Of a DNA stretch of 64,000 bases, positions 17,217 through 26,962 are shown in pieces; within the stretch, counting starts at the first letter, position 1; each line of letters opens with the position of its first letter. Below the pieces are notes generated by a model that saw only the letters and a list, made by a program, of their open reading frames with translations, made no database searches and had not been told where the DNA came from. The position numbers and the translations under genes were made by a program. This DNA comes from a virus (lineage: Duplodnaviria; Caudoviricetes), in IMG/VR virus record IMGVR_UViG_2974672904_000001, positions 7,916 through 71,915 of that record. The stretch is one strand, 5' to 3'.

Positions 17217-17244
17217 AGCCACCCACTAGAGGTGGCTTTCTTTT
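17217..17244 (+). terminator. Rho-independent terminator
   Basis: AGCCACC-7nt-GGTGGCT followed by TTCTTTT. Confidence 0.75.
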
Positions 17245-17263
17245 GGCTAGGAGCAAATAATTT

Positions 17264-17641
17264 ATGACAATAAAGACTAAAAATTTCCACCCTGCAAATG
17301 ACCCTAAACTTCTCTGTACCTGTGGCCATCCCGCCTGTGATAAACGAAGTGTTGACCAAGAAACCCTAGACAAAGCTCAGCTTGTCCGTGATTGGTTATT
17401 TACACCAATGTTTGTGACCAGTGGAGGTCGATGCCCTAATCATCCTAATGAAATCCACAGAACGAAACCTGCTGACCATCAAAAGGGTATAGGATTGGAC
17501 GTTCGCTATCGTACTGAAGAAGAAAAGAATCTTATTATGATGTATGGTGTAAGAGCAGGGTTTACAGCCGTTGCAGCAGGACGTACTTTCGTTCACCTTG
17601 GTAACCGTAAACAAGACCACTTAACGACATGGAGTTATTAA
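17264..17641 (+). CDS. Endolysin, peptidase M15 (Zn peptidase) family
   Basis: LLCTCG, VTSGGRCPNHP, DHQKGIGLDV and FVHLG match the M15A Zn-ligand pattern. Confidence 0.85.
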   Translation: MTIKTKNFHPANDPKLLCTCGHPACDKRSVDQETLDKAQLVRDWLFTPMFVTSGGRCPNHPNEIHRTKPADHQKGIGLDVRYRTEEEKNLIMMYGVRAGFTAVAAGRTFVHLGNRKQDHLTTWSY

Positions 17642-17642
17642 T

Positions 17643-17849
17643 ATGGCATTTCCCGTTTCATCAATGTTCAGCTTTCTGGGTACGCTCGTACCTGTGCTTT
17701 TCCCTAAAAATGAATTCCAACCGAAACGTCTCGGTGCAGTCATTCTATTTCTAATAGTCTGCTCAGTGATGGTTCATGTTTTTGGAGTAGAGACTACTAG
17801 TGATGTGATTGAATTATCCAGTGATGCAATGAAACTAACGGAGGAGTAG
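17643..17849 (+). CDS. Putative holin / small membrane protein
   Basis: 68 aa with two hydrophobic segments, directly after the endolysin. Confidence 0.5.
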   Translation: MAFPVSSMFSFLGTLVPVLFPKNEFQPKRLGAVILFLIVCSVMVHVFGVETTSDVIELSSDAMKLTEE

Positions 17850-17948
17850 CCCACAGCTATTAACCTTATACGCCAATGTGCGTATCCTAAGGAAGGGGTC
17901 TCATTCAATACGTCAGTTGGCTATTGGGGTAGGGTTGAGGAGACGAAT

Positions 17949-18296
17949 ATGAACAGAGTAAGAGTAAAGCTAGGAGAGTGCGTGGACATACTTAAAAACA
18001 ACGGAGTTAACTTAATAGTTCTCCTTTTATCGGGGGCAGTGATATATGGAACATTGAGTGCTGAAGTAAAAGCAATGAAAGCCGAACAAGATAGACGTGA
18101 ACCTTATCTTGAGAAATTCATCCACCTACAAGGCACTGTAAGTCACGTACAAGATGAACAGTTCAGAAACAGACGAGTATGGGAGAAGCTAGACGGAACA
18201 CTTAACGCTTTAAACACTACGCTCTCAATTCAAGGTGTAGAGATTAAAGCACTACAGTCGGATGTAGAGGAGATTAAAAAAGCTGTTGTGAAATGA
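17949..18296 (+). CDS. Single-TM coiled-coil lysis protein (holin or i-spanin-like)
   Basis: TM segment VNLIVLLLSGAVIYGTL followed by a heptad coiled coil; SD GAGGAG. Confidence 0.5.
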   Translation: MNRVRVKLGECVDILKNNGVNLIVLLLSGAVIYGTLSAEVKAMKAEQDRREPYLEKFIHLQGTVSHVQDEQFRNRRVWEKLDGTLNALNTTLSIQGVEIKALQSDVEEIKKAVVK

Positions 18297-18340
18297 CAGT
18301 CTATTCATTCAAAGGGACATCAGTAATGACTATGACTTAA

Positions 18341-18376
18341 AACTGCCTTGCATTCGTGTAGGGCAGTTCTCTTTCT
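18341..18376 (+). terminator. Rho-independent terminator
   Basis: AACTGCCTTGCA-TTCG-TGTAGGGCAGTT followed by CTCTTTCT. Confidence 0.7.
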
Positions 18377-18451
18377 GGCTCCATATAAGCAAAGTAGCAA
18401 GACTCTTTTTATATGGTATTATTCACTTAGACCTTATAAGGAATCCTATCT

Positions 18452-20179
18452 ATGTTACGTGTTGTAGGGACAATAGTTCCACCAGTGGAAGGGGGAGTGC
18501 TAGAGCATGTGACCATGCTTGTCCAATGTATCAAATCTAGCGTTATCACTCTTGAAAACAGTTTCTCTCCCGTTACCTGTGATGACACAGGAGGCTATGA
18601 CTTTATCCTCCGTGAAGGTATCTATCGAATCTATATTAAATACTCCACTAACACCCCAACTATTTCCTTGGGTACGTGTGGTGTAGTTGAAGGTATGCCT
18701 GCTGAGCTTGACCTGAATAACCTCCTAACCAATTACACTCCACAAGTCCCTGACTATATCCAAGAGTTAGATGATAAATGGGAAGACACTTGGCAAGATT
18801 TCATCAATGACAACAACACTCAACATGCCAACATAAATAACTCTGTATCGGCAGGTGACGCTAAAGTTGTTGAAGACATGAGTGTTTACATCAATGAAGT
18901 CACAGGACAGCAAGGAGCGTCTCTCAGGGAGGAAATATCAGCAGGTGATGCAGGTGTTTACAATGAGAGCAGAGCATACACTGATTCGCTAGGCGTACAA
19001 GTTGCTCTGGATATCACGCAAGTAGCTAATGATGTGTCTACGGTATCTCAACAACTTACAGCATACAAAGATGAGAATGGTAACACCTTTGATGAGATTG
19101 ATAACCGTATCACTACTAATGAGAATGAGCTTAGTTCTACCATTTCTGCTCAAGTAGAATCAGAGACAGGAGCAATGCAGTTACGCATTGAAGATTTGAT
19201 TACCACTGGCAATGCCGAAATTTCTCAAAGCATCTCTGTTATTGAAGATGCCCTAGGGGCAACTCAAGCAGCATGGCAAATCGTAGCTACGGTAGATGAC
19301 CTAACCTCTGCAATTGGTATGACGAATAATGGGGTTAACTCTGAAATCTTCATGCAAGCAAATGCTCTGAAGTTTGTTGACCCTAGTGACCCTACCTTGG
19401 CTACTGACCCTGTATTCCAGATTGAGAACCAAGAAGTCTTCATGCGAAGTGCTTTCATCAAGGAGCTTGGGGCAACCACAGTTACAACAGATGAGTTAAC
19501 CTCTACCAATTATGACAGTAACACAGGTTTCAAACTCCACGCTTCAGGGCTTGCAGAGTTCCAGAACATAAATGCCAAAGGGCATATTAATGCTACTAGT
19601 GGTAGTTTTAAGGGACACCTAGAGGCAACCAGTGGCTACATAAATAACCTAACAGCGAATAATGTCACCATTCAGGAAGACTGTACTATTTTAGGTACCA
19701 CTACTGCTAAGAATCTCATAGGAGACGTATCTTCAGGTTCCATTAAATCATTTACTGAGAGGTATATATCTTCAGGAGGAACGAACAGTACTAACCTTGT
19801 TTCATTTAATGTGGATAACACCCTGTCCGGTAGAAACTGTTTGGTGACGTTTTCAGGGATTACATGTCGAGTAACTGCATCAAATAATGCCGATACTGCA
19901 CAAAAGGTCTATGTAGAGTTTCGTATAATGGAAGGTGGTACAGAAAGGCGTTCTGCAATAATGGAACTTGATGTATTACAAAAGGGTTCCACCTACCCTT
20001 CCACAGCAGAAGGGGTTGTAGCGTTACCTACTATCGGATATGTATTTGGACAATCAAGTAAAACATTAACAGCTAACGTCCATATTTATACAAGTAATGC
20101 GAGTACCTCAGGTGGTGCAACTATTTTTGCAGGCACCGTAACCTGCTCGAAACTCAGACAAGATGGCACTGTAACCTAA
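18452..20179 (+). CDS. Tail fibre with lambda Stf-like N-terminal anchor and lambda J-like (DUF1983) distal region
   Basis: N-term ...DDTGGYDFILREGIYRIY; WQIVATVDDLTSAIGMT...ANALKFV; GHLEATSGYINNLTANNVTIQEDCTILG. Confidence 0.7.
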   Translation: MLRVVGTIVPPVEGGVLEHVTMLVQCIKSSVITLENSFSPVTCDDTGGYDFILREGIYRIYIKYSTNTPTISLGTCGVVEGMPAELDLNNLLTNYTPQVPDYIQELDDKWEDTWQDFINDNNTQHANINNSVSAGDAKVVEDMSVYINEVTGQQGASLREEISAGDAGVYNESRAYTDSLGVQVALDITQVANDVSTVSQQLTAYKDENGNTFDEIDNRITTNENELSSTISAQVESETGAMQLRIEDLITTGNAEISQSISVIEDALGATQAAWQIVATVDDLTSAIGMTNNGVNSEIFMQANALKFVDPSDPTLATDPVFQIENQEVFMRSAFIKELGATTVTTDELTSTNYDSNTGFKLHASGLAEFQNINAKGHINATSGSFKGHLEATSGYINNLTANNVTIQEDCTILGTTTAKNLIGDVSSGSIKSFTERYISSGGTNSTNLVSFNVDNTLSGRNCLVTFSGITCRVTASNNADTAQKVYVEFRIMEGGTERRSAIMELDVLQKGSTYPSTAEGVVALPTIGYVFGQSSKTLTANVHIYTSNASTSGGATIFAGTVTCSKLRQDGTVT

Positions 20180-20202
20180 GCCCTCTAACATAAGGAATAT
20201 CA

Positions 20203-20511
20203 ATGCTTAGTATTAATGAAATTCTAGTAGACCCTCTAAACAAGCCTATACCGTATGCCAAGGTTTTCTTGGTTACAGTAGGACTAACAGGCACGTCTCT
20301 AACTAAAGGCGAAGCACACGCTGTTAGTAATGCGAATGGCCTCATTACTTTTGATATCCCACGGGGAACTTACCGGGTCTTTTTCCAACAGGAAAATACA
20401 AGCGTAAAGTATCCAGTTGGATATATTCTGGAAGATGTCTTTGATAATCCTCCTGTGCCCCTTACACTAGGTAGTATCCTTACGGAAGAACTCCCTATAG
20501 TTGCAGAATAA
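20203..20511 (+). CDS. Stand-alone tail-fibre N-terminal anchor domain protein
   Basis: ILVDPLNKPIP...SNANGLITFDIPRGTYRV; paralogue of the N-terminus of 18452-20179. Confidence 0.6.
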   Translation: MLSINEILVDPLNKPIPYAKVFLVTVGLTGTSLTKGEAHAVSNANGLITFDIPRGTYRVFFQQENTSVKYPVGYILEDVFDNPPVPLTLGSILTEELPIVAE

Positions 20512-20527
20512 ATAGGAACGATTATTG

Positions 20528-22663
20528 ATGGACATGAAACCCGCTAGATTTAAATCAACGGAAGCTGAGAAAATGAAGGAAATGTTTCTTGCTGCACAGG
20601 CAGGAGCATCCGAGCATCACACAGCTATTGCTCACTGGGAGAACTTAATCAGTCCCCCTAAAGTGGTAGACAGTAACGAAGTAGAACAGACTCGTTCTGA
20701 AATTACTCTCAAGCACATCCGTAAGCTACTTGAGTGGCGATACCCCGTATTGGAGCAAGCTTTCCTAGCCAAGGAAGATTTGTATGCACCTAAGGGACGT
20801 GATGAGTATGACGGGCAGTTAGCTCAATTCCATCGAACCCTTCTGAACTACCAGTTAAATAATGAGATGGATAAAACCACCATTATTACTCGTGCTGTTC
20901 GTGCTTACATGAACCAAGCTACAGCTATTGGCTATCTTGGTTGGAACATGAAGAAGGAGAAAGCTCTCCAAATTGATGCAATCTTTGGATATGGTTTTGT
21001 AGCCAAGAGTTCCCCGATGTATGAAGTCCTTGAAAAGGAATACATTGAGATTAATAAAATTCTGTCAGAGCATCCTAATCGCAAGACCAGTATTCCTCTG
21101 CACATGGTGGAAGGTGCATCACACTACGCTAAGTACAGCTCAGTAAAAGATGTCACCATCAAAGGCTTTACTCAGAACATGTCGAAGAAAGATGTGTTAA
21201 TTGCTAACCATCCTACTATCAACATCCTGAACGTCTATGATGTGTATGGTGCTCCTGAGTGTAAGACGAACCTACAAGATAGCCCTTACGTTTTCTATAA
21301 GTATCCTGAGTACATCTATGAGCTTCAGCGTAATGAAGACTACGACACTAAAGACATTGACTGGACAACCGTAGAGTCAATTACCCCTGCCGGTAATACA
21401 GGCATCTCCTATGATGCAGGTGACGTACGTAATCAAGTAGAAGTGATTGAGTTCTGGGGCATGTATGACTTGAATGAAGATGGGCAAGTTGAACCTTGTC
21501 GAGTGCTTTGGGTAGATGGCCATATCCTTGAGGCTATTCCTAACCCATACCCTGATAAGAAACACCCATTCTATAGTGCTGCTTATTTGCCTGCACCTAA
21601 ACTGGATACCTTCTATGGAGAATCGGATGCACTACTTGTGGAAGACAATCAGGCAATCCTGTCAGCTATGCATCGTGGTTTCATTGATATACACGGAAAT
21701 AGTGCTTATGGTCAGAAAGGTGTGGCAAAAGATGTTCTCGACCCCGTAAACCGAGATAAGTTCCTTCGTGGTGAGAATTTCGAGTATGACTCAAACGTAG
21801 TTGATCCTAATGCCCTGTTCCAGACCTTTGACTTTCCTGATATTGCACAGAGTGCCATTGCTTACGTGAGTATGCTAAATGCTGACTCAGAAGCTCTCAC
21901 AGGCATCAAAGGCTTTAATGAAGGCATCTCTGGCAATTCATACGGAGATACAGCAGCAGGGGTGAAAGGATTACTCTCAGCTACTGCCTTACGTGAGACT
22001 TCTATTACAAACCGTCTAGCACAGATGTTTATTGCTATGGGCAAACGCATCATGTACTTGAACACCTTGTACTTGGATAAAGAGAAGATTCTGTCATTAC
22101 TTGGGCGCGAAGGGATGATTGTTAAATCAATCCTGAATCCATTGATTGATGTCAAAGTCGATATCAGTAACCAAGCAGAAGATAATCTGAAAGCTCAAGA
22201 AATGAGTTTCATGCTCCAGACTTTGGGGAACACTATTCCTCCAAAACTGGCTCAGGTTATGCTTCAAGAAATTGCTCGTCTTCGTAACATGCAGACCCTT
22301 GAGAATGAAATCAAGCTGTATGAAGAAGAACCACCTCAACCATCAGAAGCTGAGCAAGAGATTCAAGCACTACAGATTGAATTGCTTAAAGCGCAGATTG
22401 CTAATGAGAAAGGTAGAGCACGTCAGGCAGATTCTAGTGCAAATCTTAATGAGTCTAAGATTCCGAATGAGCAAGCTAAAACAGCTAAGACGGAAGCTGA
22501 AACCAAAGAGAAAGAAGTACAGACGGAACGTGTATCATCAGGCCAAGAGACTAAGGATAAGATTAGTATTATCTCTGCTCAGGCTGAATCCAATATCTCT
22601 GCTGCTGTCTTTAAAGAGAGACAAATCAGAGGTAACGGGAATAATGTTCCATCTCAGAATTAA
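20528..22663 (+). CDS. Portal protein (N4 gp59-like)
   Basis: About 711 aa; IRKLLEWRYPVLEQAFL, VEVIEFWG.YD, YGESDA.L.EDNQ, SEALTGIKGF..GISG; upstream of scaffold and capsid. Confidence 0.9.
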   Translation: MDMKPARFKSTEAEKMKEMFLAAQAGASEHHTAIAHWENLISPPKVVDSNEVEQTRSEITLKHIRKLLEWRYPVLEQAFLAKEDLYAPKGRDEYDGQLAQFHRTLLNYQLNNEMDKTTIITRAVRAYMNQATAIGYLGWNMKKEKALQIDAIFGYGFVAKSSPMYEVLEKEYIEINKILSEHPNRKTSIPLHMVEGASHYAKYSSVKDVTIKGFTQNMSKKDVLIANHPTINILNVYDVYGAPECKTNLQDSPYVFYKYPEYIYELQRNEDYDTKDIDWTTVESITPAGNTGISYDAGDVRNQVEVIEFWGMYDLNEDGQVEPCRVLWVDGHILEAIPNPYPDKKHPFYSAAYLPAPKLDTFYGESDALLVEDNQAILSAMHRGFIDIHGNSAYGQKGVAKDVLDPVNRDKFLRGENFEYDSNVVDPNALFQTFDFPDIAQSAIAYVSMLNADSEALTGIKGFNEGISGNSYGDTAAGVKGLLSATALRETSITNRLAQMFIAMGKRIMYLNTLYLDKEKILSLLGREGMIVKSILNPLIDVKVDISNQAEDNLKAQEMSFMLQTLGNTIPPKLAQVMLQEIARLRNMQTLENEIKLYEEEPPQPSEAEQEIQALQIELLKAQIANEKGRARQADSSANLNESKIPNEQAKTAKTEAETKEKEVQTERVSSGQETKDKISIISAQAESNISAAVFKERQIRGNGNNVPSQN

Positions 22664-22700
22664 CTGATATATACTCAAACTGTATCTAAGAGTATCTTTT

Positions 22701-22720
22701 AGTGGGGGCAACCCCACTTT
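22701..22720 (+). terminator. GNRA hairpin after portal (terminator or processing signal)
   Basis: AGTGGGG-GCAA-CCCCACT-TT. Confidence 0.55.
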
Positions 22721-22751
22721 AAACCTCCCCTAAAAATGAAGGATTAACCAC

Positions 22752-23162
22752 ATGACAAAGAAAACAGCCGTAGCAACAGCAATCAACCCTAAGCAAGATG
22801 AGCAACCTAAAGACGTATATGCTGCATATACCCCTGCTCAGTTGAAAGCTCAGCTACGTAAAGCAGAACGTGTAATTGCTCGCCAAGAGCACATGTCAAA
22901 AGCAGGTAAAGCTGTAGAGCGTCTACTTGAAAACGCAGACTTTAAAGTATTAATAGCTCACTTTGAAGCTACAGTAACCCGTATGACTCTTGATGCTCCT
23001 CAGCGTCAGAACCCTGAGTCTCGTGCCCAAGACGCACTGATTACACAGAGCATTGCTGTAGTTCTGGATATGATTGAAACGTTACCTGAAGTTGGTGAGT
23101 CTATGGCTAAGAACGTTGTAGACACCCGCACAGCAGCAATCAATTTGAAAGCAAAAATTTAA
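22752..23162 (+). CDS. Hypothetical protein (N4 gp58-like position)
   Basis: SD GAAGGA; helical; between portal and scaffold. Confidence 0.55.
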   Translation: MTKKTAVATAINPKQDEQPKDVYAAYTPAQLKAQLRKAERVIARQEHMSKAGKAVERLLENADFKVLIAHFEATVTRMTLDAPQRQNPESRAQDALITQSIAVVLDMIETLPEVGESMAKNVVDTRTAAINLKAKI

Positions 23163-23177
23163 TAGGGGAGCAGGCAA

Positions 23178-24209
23178 ATGAGCAATCCATCTCTAGATGA
23201 TGTAGTAGCAATGGACGAACAGGCTTTCGCTGATTTTGCCAACACCTTTGATGCAGGAGCAGGCTCTGAGGAGTCTGCTTCTTCTCCATCTGGTGAACCG
23301 TCTGCTGAAAAAACTACAGACCCTACAGCTTCTGCCGAAGAAGGTTCTGAAGAAACAACTGAAATCACTAATGAAGAAACTACTACGGTAGGTGACACAG
23401 GTGATGAAGAAACCACAGAGGGAACTATCCCCGAAGGTTTCTACGCTGCACTGACTGCACCCTTCAAAGCAGCAGGTAAAGAAGTCTCTTTTACTGACCC
23501 TGAAGAAATGCGTACCTTAATGAAGAAAGGTATTGGCTTCGAGCAACGCATGGGCAGTCTAAAGAAATTTGAAAGACACATGAATGCTTTGGATAAACAG
23601 GGCATTCTAAACGATGACACTATAAACCTCGTGATTGAACTTGCTCAAGGTAAGCCTGAGGCTCTCAAGCAATACATTGAAAAGAACAACATTGATGTTT
23701 ATGATGTAATTGGGATTGATAATACTGAATATTCTCCAGAAAAACATGTTCAGTCCGAAGAAGAATTCCAGAACGAGCAAGTGGTTCAGGAAATCCAATC
23801 TTTAGATGGATATGAAATTATCAAACCATTAGCGGAAGACGAGTGGGACGATAAGTCCCGAGAGCAGTTACTCGCTTCACCTGAGTTAGCTAAGTCGATG
23901 ATTCGAGCAGCGAACGCAGGGGTACACGACATGATTCTAGTAGAGGCCGAGAAAGTTAAATTATTAGCTAGTGCTCCTATGTCGGATTTTGATGCGTACA
24001 TGCAAGCAGGTGACAAACTACATAAGTCAGGTGCATTCGATAAGATTGCCAAGAAAGGCAAATCCAATGTCAGTAATGAAATCAAGCCTACGAATGTAGC
24101 TCCGCAAAATAAACAAACTGGTCGTAAGTCAGCGATGCCAACTATGGCTGAAGTAGCCAAGATGACTCCTGAACAACTGGCTCAGTTTGCAGCAGAGCAT
24201 AACATTTAA
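23178..24209 (+). CDS. Probable capsid scaffolding protein (N4 gp57-like)
   Basis: Acidic N-terminus, PFKAAGKE...PEEMRTLMKKG, directly upstream of the major capsid gene. Confidence 0.7.
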   Translation: MSNPSLDDVVAMDEQAFADFANTFDAGAGSEESASSPSGEPSAEKTTDPTASAEEGSEETTEITNEETTTVGDTGDEETTEGTIPEGFYAALTAPFKAAGKEVSFTDPEEMRTLMKKGIGFEQRMGSLKKFERHMNALDKQGILNDDTINLVIELAQGKPEALKQYIEKNNIDVYDVIGIDNTEYSPEKHVQSEEEFQNEQVVQEIQSLDGYEIIKPLAEDEWDDKSREQLLASPELAKSMIRAANAGVHDMILVEAEKVKLLASAPMSDFDAYMQAGDKLHKSGAFDKIAKKGKSNVSNEIKPTNVAPQNKQTGRKSAMPTMAEVAKMTPEQLAQFAAEHNI

Positions 24210-24232
24210 ACTGATATAGGAAATTATCAACT

Positions 24233-25432
24233 ATGACTACTAAGTATAACGACCCGTACAACGGCACGGACAGTACTATTGGCGCACAGATGCGTGATTT
24301 TGTCTGGAACAAACAGGCAATTGAATACATCAAGAAAGCTATGGTTTTCTCTGGCATGTCTTCTAACGAATCTCTACCTAAGCACATGGGTAAGACGATT
24401 AAGAAGTACAAGCATATCGCAATCCTAGATGACGCTAACGTGTACCCAGATGGTCTGGATGTAGACGGTAATGCAACTACTGGTAACCTATACGGTGGCA
24501 CTCGTAACCTTGACGACATCCAAGGCAAACTGCCTTCTCTTGCAGAAATTGCAGGTCGTGTAAACAAGGTTGGTCGTACTCGTGAAATGGTAGAAGCTGA
24601 TATCCATAAGTATGGTATGTTTATGGAATACACGGCTGAAGCATTAGAGTTTGACTCTGAAACTAATCTACGTGAACGTGACCGTCGTGAGCTTGCTTAC
24701 GCCGCTAACTTGGTTTACGAAGATATGCTTCAAATCGACCTTATCAACCAAGCTGGTCATACTATGTATGGTGGCCTAGCTACTTCTGTTAGCGAAATGA
24801 CTGGTGAAACAGGTCAGACTCCATCGGTAATTACTTACGGTACACTGAAGCAAGCAGACGAAACTCTGTTCCATGCTGATTGTCCTGAAGACACTACTAT
24901 CATCGAAGGTTCAAGCTACACAGATACTCGTGTAATTGATCGTGCTCGATACATGATTACTTCTAAAGAAATGGTTAACTACTTCCGTACGTTGACTGAT
25001 GACTTTGGTGAGCAAGCATGGATTGGTCGTCACCACTACGCAGCAGCAGGTAACCTGTTGGCTATGGAAGAAGGTCAAATCGGTGAGTTCCGTGTTGTAA
25101 GTAACAAGCAGATGATGACTGCTCGTGGTGCAACTGTTTCGGATAACGCAGGTTACCGTAGCGATGGCACTAACTACACATGTCACCACGCTCTAATCAT
25201 TGGTTCGGGTGCATTCACAACTCTAGGTTTCCGTCTAAACACCATTCAAGGTTCTGTTTATGCGGGTAACATGATGTTCTTGGATACACCACCTAAGCAA
25301 TCTATCGAAAACCCATTCGGTGAAGTAGGTATGCTTTCTGTCCAATGGTGGTACGGTACTCTAGTAGAGCATCCAGAGTGGATTCTACTAATGCGTTCAT
25401 TGGTTCCTGAAATCAATAACATCGCAGCCTAA
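24233..25432 (+). CDS. Major capsid protein (N4 gp56-like)
   Basis: 399 aa; MPKHMGKTIK-type motif, KYGMFMEYT..ALEFDS, PFGEVG..SVQWWYGTL; strong codon bias; followed by a terminator. Confidence 0.92.
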   Translation: MTTKYNDPYNGTDSTIGAQMRDFVWNKQAIEYIKKAMVFSGMSSNESLPKHMGKTIKKYKHIAILDDANVYPDGLDVDGNATTGNLYGGTRNLDDIQGKLPSLAEIAGRVNKVGRTREMVEADIHKYGMFMEYTAEALEFDSETNLRERDRRELAYAANLVYEDMLQIDLINQAGHTMYGGLATSVSEMTGETGQTPSVITYGTLKQADETLFHADCPEDTTIIEGSSYTDTRVIDRARYMITSKEMVNYFRTLTDDFGEQAWIGRHHYAAAGNLLAMEEGQIGEFRVVSNKQMMTARGATVSDNAGYRSDGTNYTCHHALIIGSGAFTTLGFRLNTIQGSVYAGNMMFLDTPPKQSIENPFGEVGMLSVQWWYGTLVEHPEWILLMRSLVPEINNIAA

Positions 25433-25446
25433 GCACCAAGCGTAAT

Positions 25447-25478
25447 GCCCCTCCCCTACTAGGTGGGGGGCTTTTTTT
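25447..25478 (+). terminator. Rho-independent terminator after capsid gene
   Basis: GC-rich hairpin GCCCCTCCCC...GGTGGGGGGC followed by T7. Confidence 0.8.
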
Positions 25479-25505
25479 ATCTACTCCCCTTAAAGGAATA
25501 TAACC

Positions 25506-26156
25506 ATGCTTTCACGTATTGAACTTGAAGAAATGTCATTCGCTGACTTGAAAGACCTTGTTAAAAAGACAGGTCAAAGTATCCCTCAACATGCTAAGGC
25601 TGATGTGTTAGTAGATTTGATGGAAGGTTTCTACACCTCTAAGCAAGAAGAACTTGCGAAGAAAGTAGAAGCTGAATCAGACGGTGACCTACCTCCTGTA
25701 GCACAGAAGGAAGAAGACCCTCAAGTATTGACAGAAGCAAACACTGGCAAGTATGCAGGTTTCGCTACTAAACAAGAATACATTCAACACATGATGACTC
25801 CTGTGTTGTGTGTGATTACTCCACAGGCTCCTGAGTTTAGCCGTCAGTCTTCTGACATGGCTTCAGTAAGTGTGGGTAATGCTCTAATCCCTAACCGTGA
25901 GTTTGCATTCATCGCTGACGGTAACACAGTAACTTCAATCCCACGTATCGCTCTAGGGCGTATCCGTGAGTCTAAAGTACTTCTGAAAGGTTCTTCTCAA
26001 CTGAACAAAACCAAGATGAAATCGAATACCCAAGGTTCAGCATTCGGTATGCGTTACCGTGTACACGAGCTAACACCTGTGGAAATCGAAGCATACAAAG
26101 CTGAAAAGAAAAACGGTGGCAATGCTTCAGATTATGAAGTAGGCACAGGACTATAA
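25506..26156 (+). CDS. Hypothetical structural-region protein (N4 gp55-like)
   Basis: Synteny after capsid gene; N-terminal HeH/Rho-N-like segment (MSFADLKDLVKKTG). Confidence 0.55.
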   Translation: MLSRIELEEMSFADLKDLVKKTGQSIPQHAKADVLVDLMEGFYTSKQEELAKKVEAESDGDLPPVAQKEEDPQVLTEANTGKYAGFATKQEYIQHMMTPVLCVITPQAPEFSRQSSDMASVSVGNALIPNREFAFIADGNTVTSIPRIALGRIRESKVLLKGSSQLNKTKMKSNTQGSAFGMRYRVHELTPVEIEAYKAEKKNGGNASDYEVGTGL

Positions 26157-26166
26157 GGACTAGATA

Positions 26167-26934
26167 ATGGCTACGAATCTCTATGAAGCTGATGATATGT
26201 CAGCACTCCTTGAACTTCTTACGTTGAATGACAAAGAAGGTACAGGGTATTTTGATGTATTAATGCGAAGTGTTCATAGCCATATTCAAGCTGAGCACCA
26301 AGCAGGACGTATTACCGCAGGTGAGTATGCTAAGGCATACATTGAAATCACCAATGGTGCGCTTGGTGGTGTAATCCAATATATTATCCAAGCTCCTTCT
26401 GCTTTCAAGCAAGCTCTCCTTACTGATGAGCAAATCGCTATTGCGAAAGAGGAGCTGAAGATACGTGAGCAAGAAGTTCTAATTCGTATTGAAGAACTTG
26501 AACAGGCAAAACTACAAGGTGACTTGATAGCTGCTCAAGTGAAAAAGGTTGAAGCGGAAACTTTAAACATTGAGCAAAGCACCCGTAACCTTATCAAGCA
26601 AGAAGAACAACTTGTGCATGAAGTAGAAGCCTCACTTCATAAAGCGAAAGCATTGGAATACCGTGTCGATGCTGAATATGCAGCAACCCGTGACGTACTT
26701 CCTGACGGTAACCCTGTCAATGGTACTATTGGTAAAGACAACGCTCAGAAAGAAGCACAGTCCCTGTCATTCAAAATGCGTGATATGTTCCAGATGATTA
26801 ATGCTAACCAGTCAAGTAACACTGCACAGATTACGACACTGAGTTCTGTGGATATTGCCCCTACCTATACCACAGGTAACAGCATTGATAGTGCTATCTC
26901 GAAATACTACGCAGAGCTAGGTATCACCGTTTAA
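26167..26934 (+). CDS. Virion tail protein (N4 gp54-like)
   Basis: GTGYFDVLMRSV..H...EHQAGRITAGEYAKAY is typical of N4-like gp54. Confidence 0.7.
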   Translation: MATNLYEADDMSALLELLTLNDKEGTGYFDVLMRSVHSHIQAEHQAGRITAGEYAKAYIEITNGALGGVIQYIIQAPSAFKQALLTDEQIAIAKEELKIREQEVLIRIEELEQAKLQGDLIAAQVKKVEAETLNIEQSTRNLIKQEEQLVHEVEASLHKAKALEYRVDAEYAATRDVLPDGNPVNGTIGKDNAQKEAQSLSFKMRDMFQMINANQSSNTAQITTLSSVDIAPTYTTGNSIDSAISKYYAELGITV

Positions 26935-26962
26935 CAATCTTTAGGGGAAGGGGTCAGTAACT

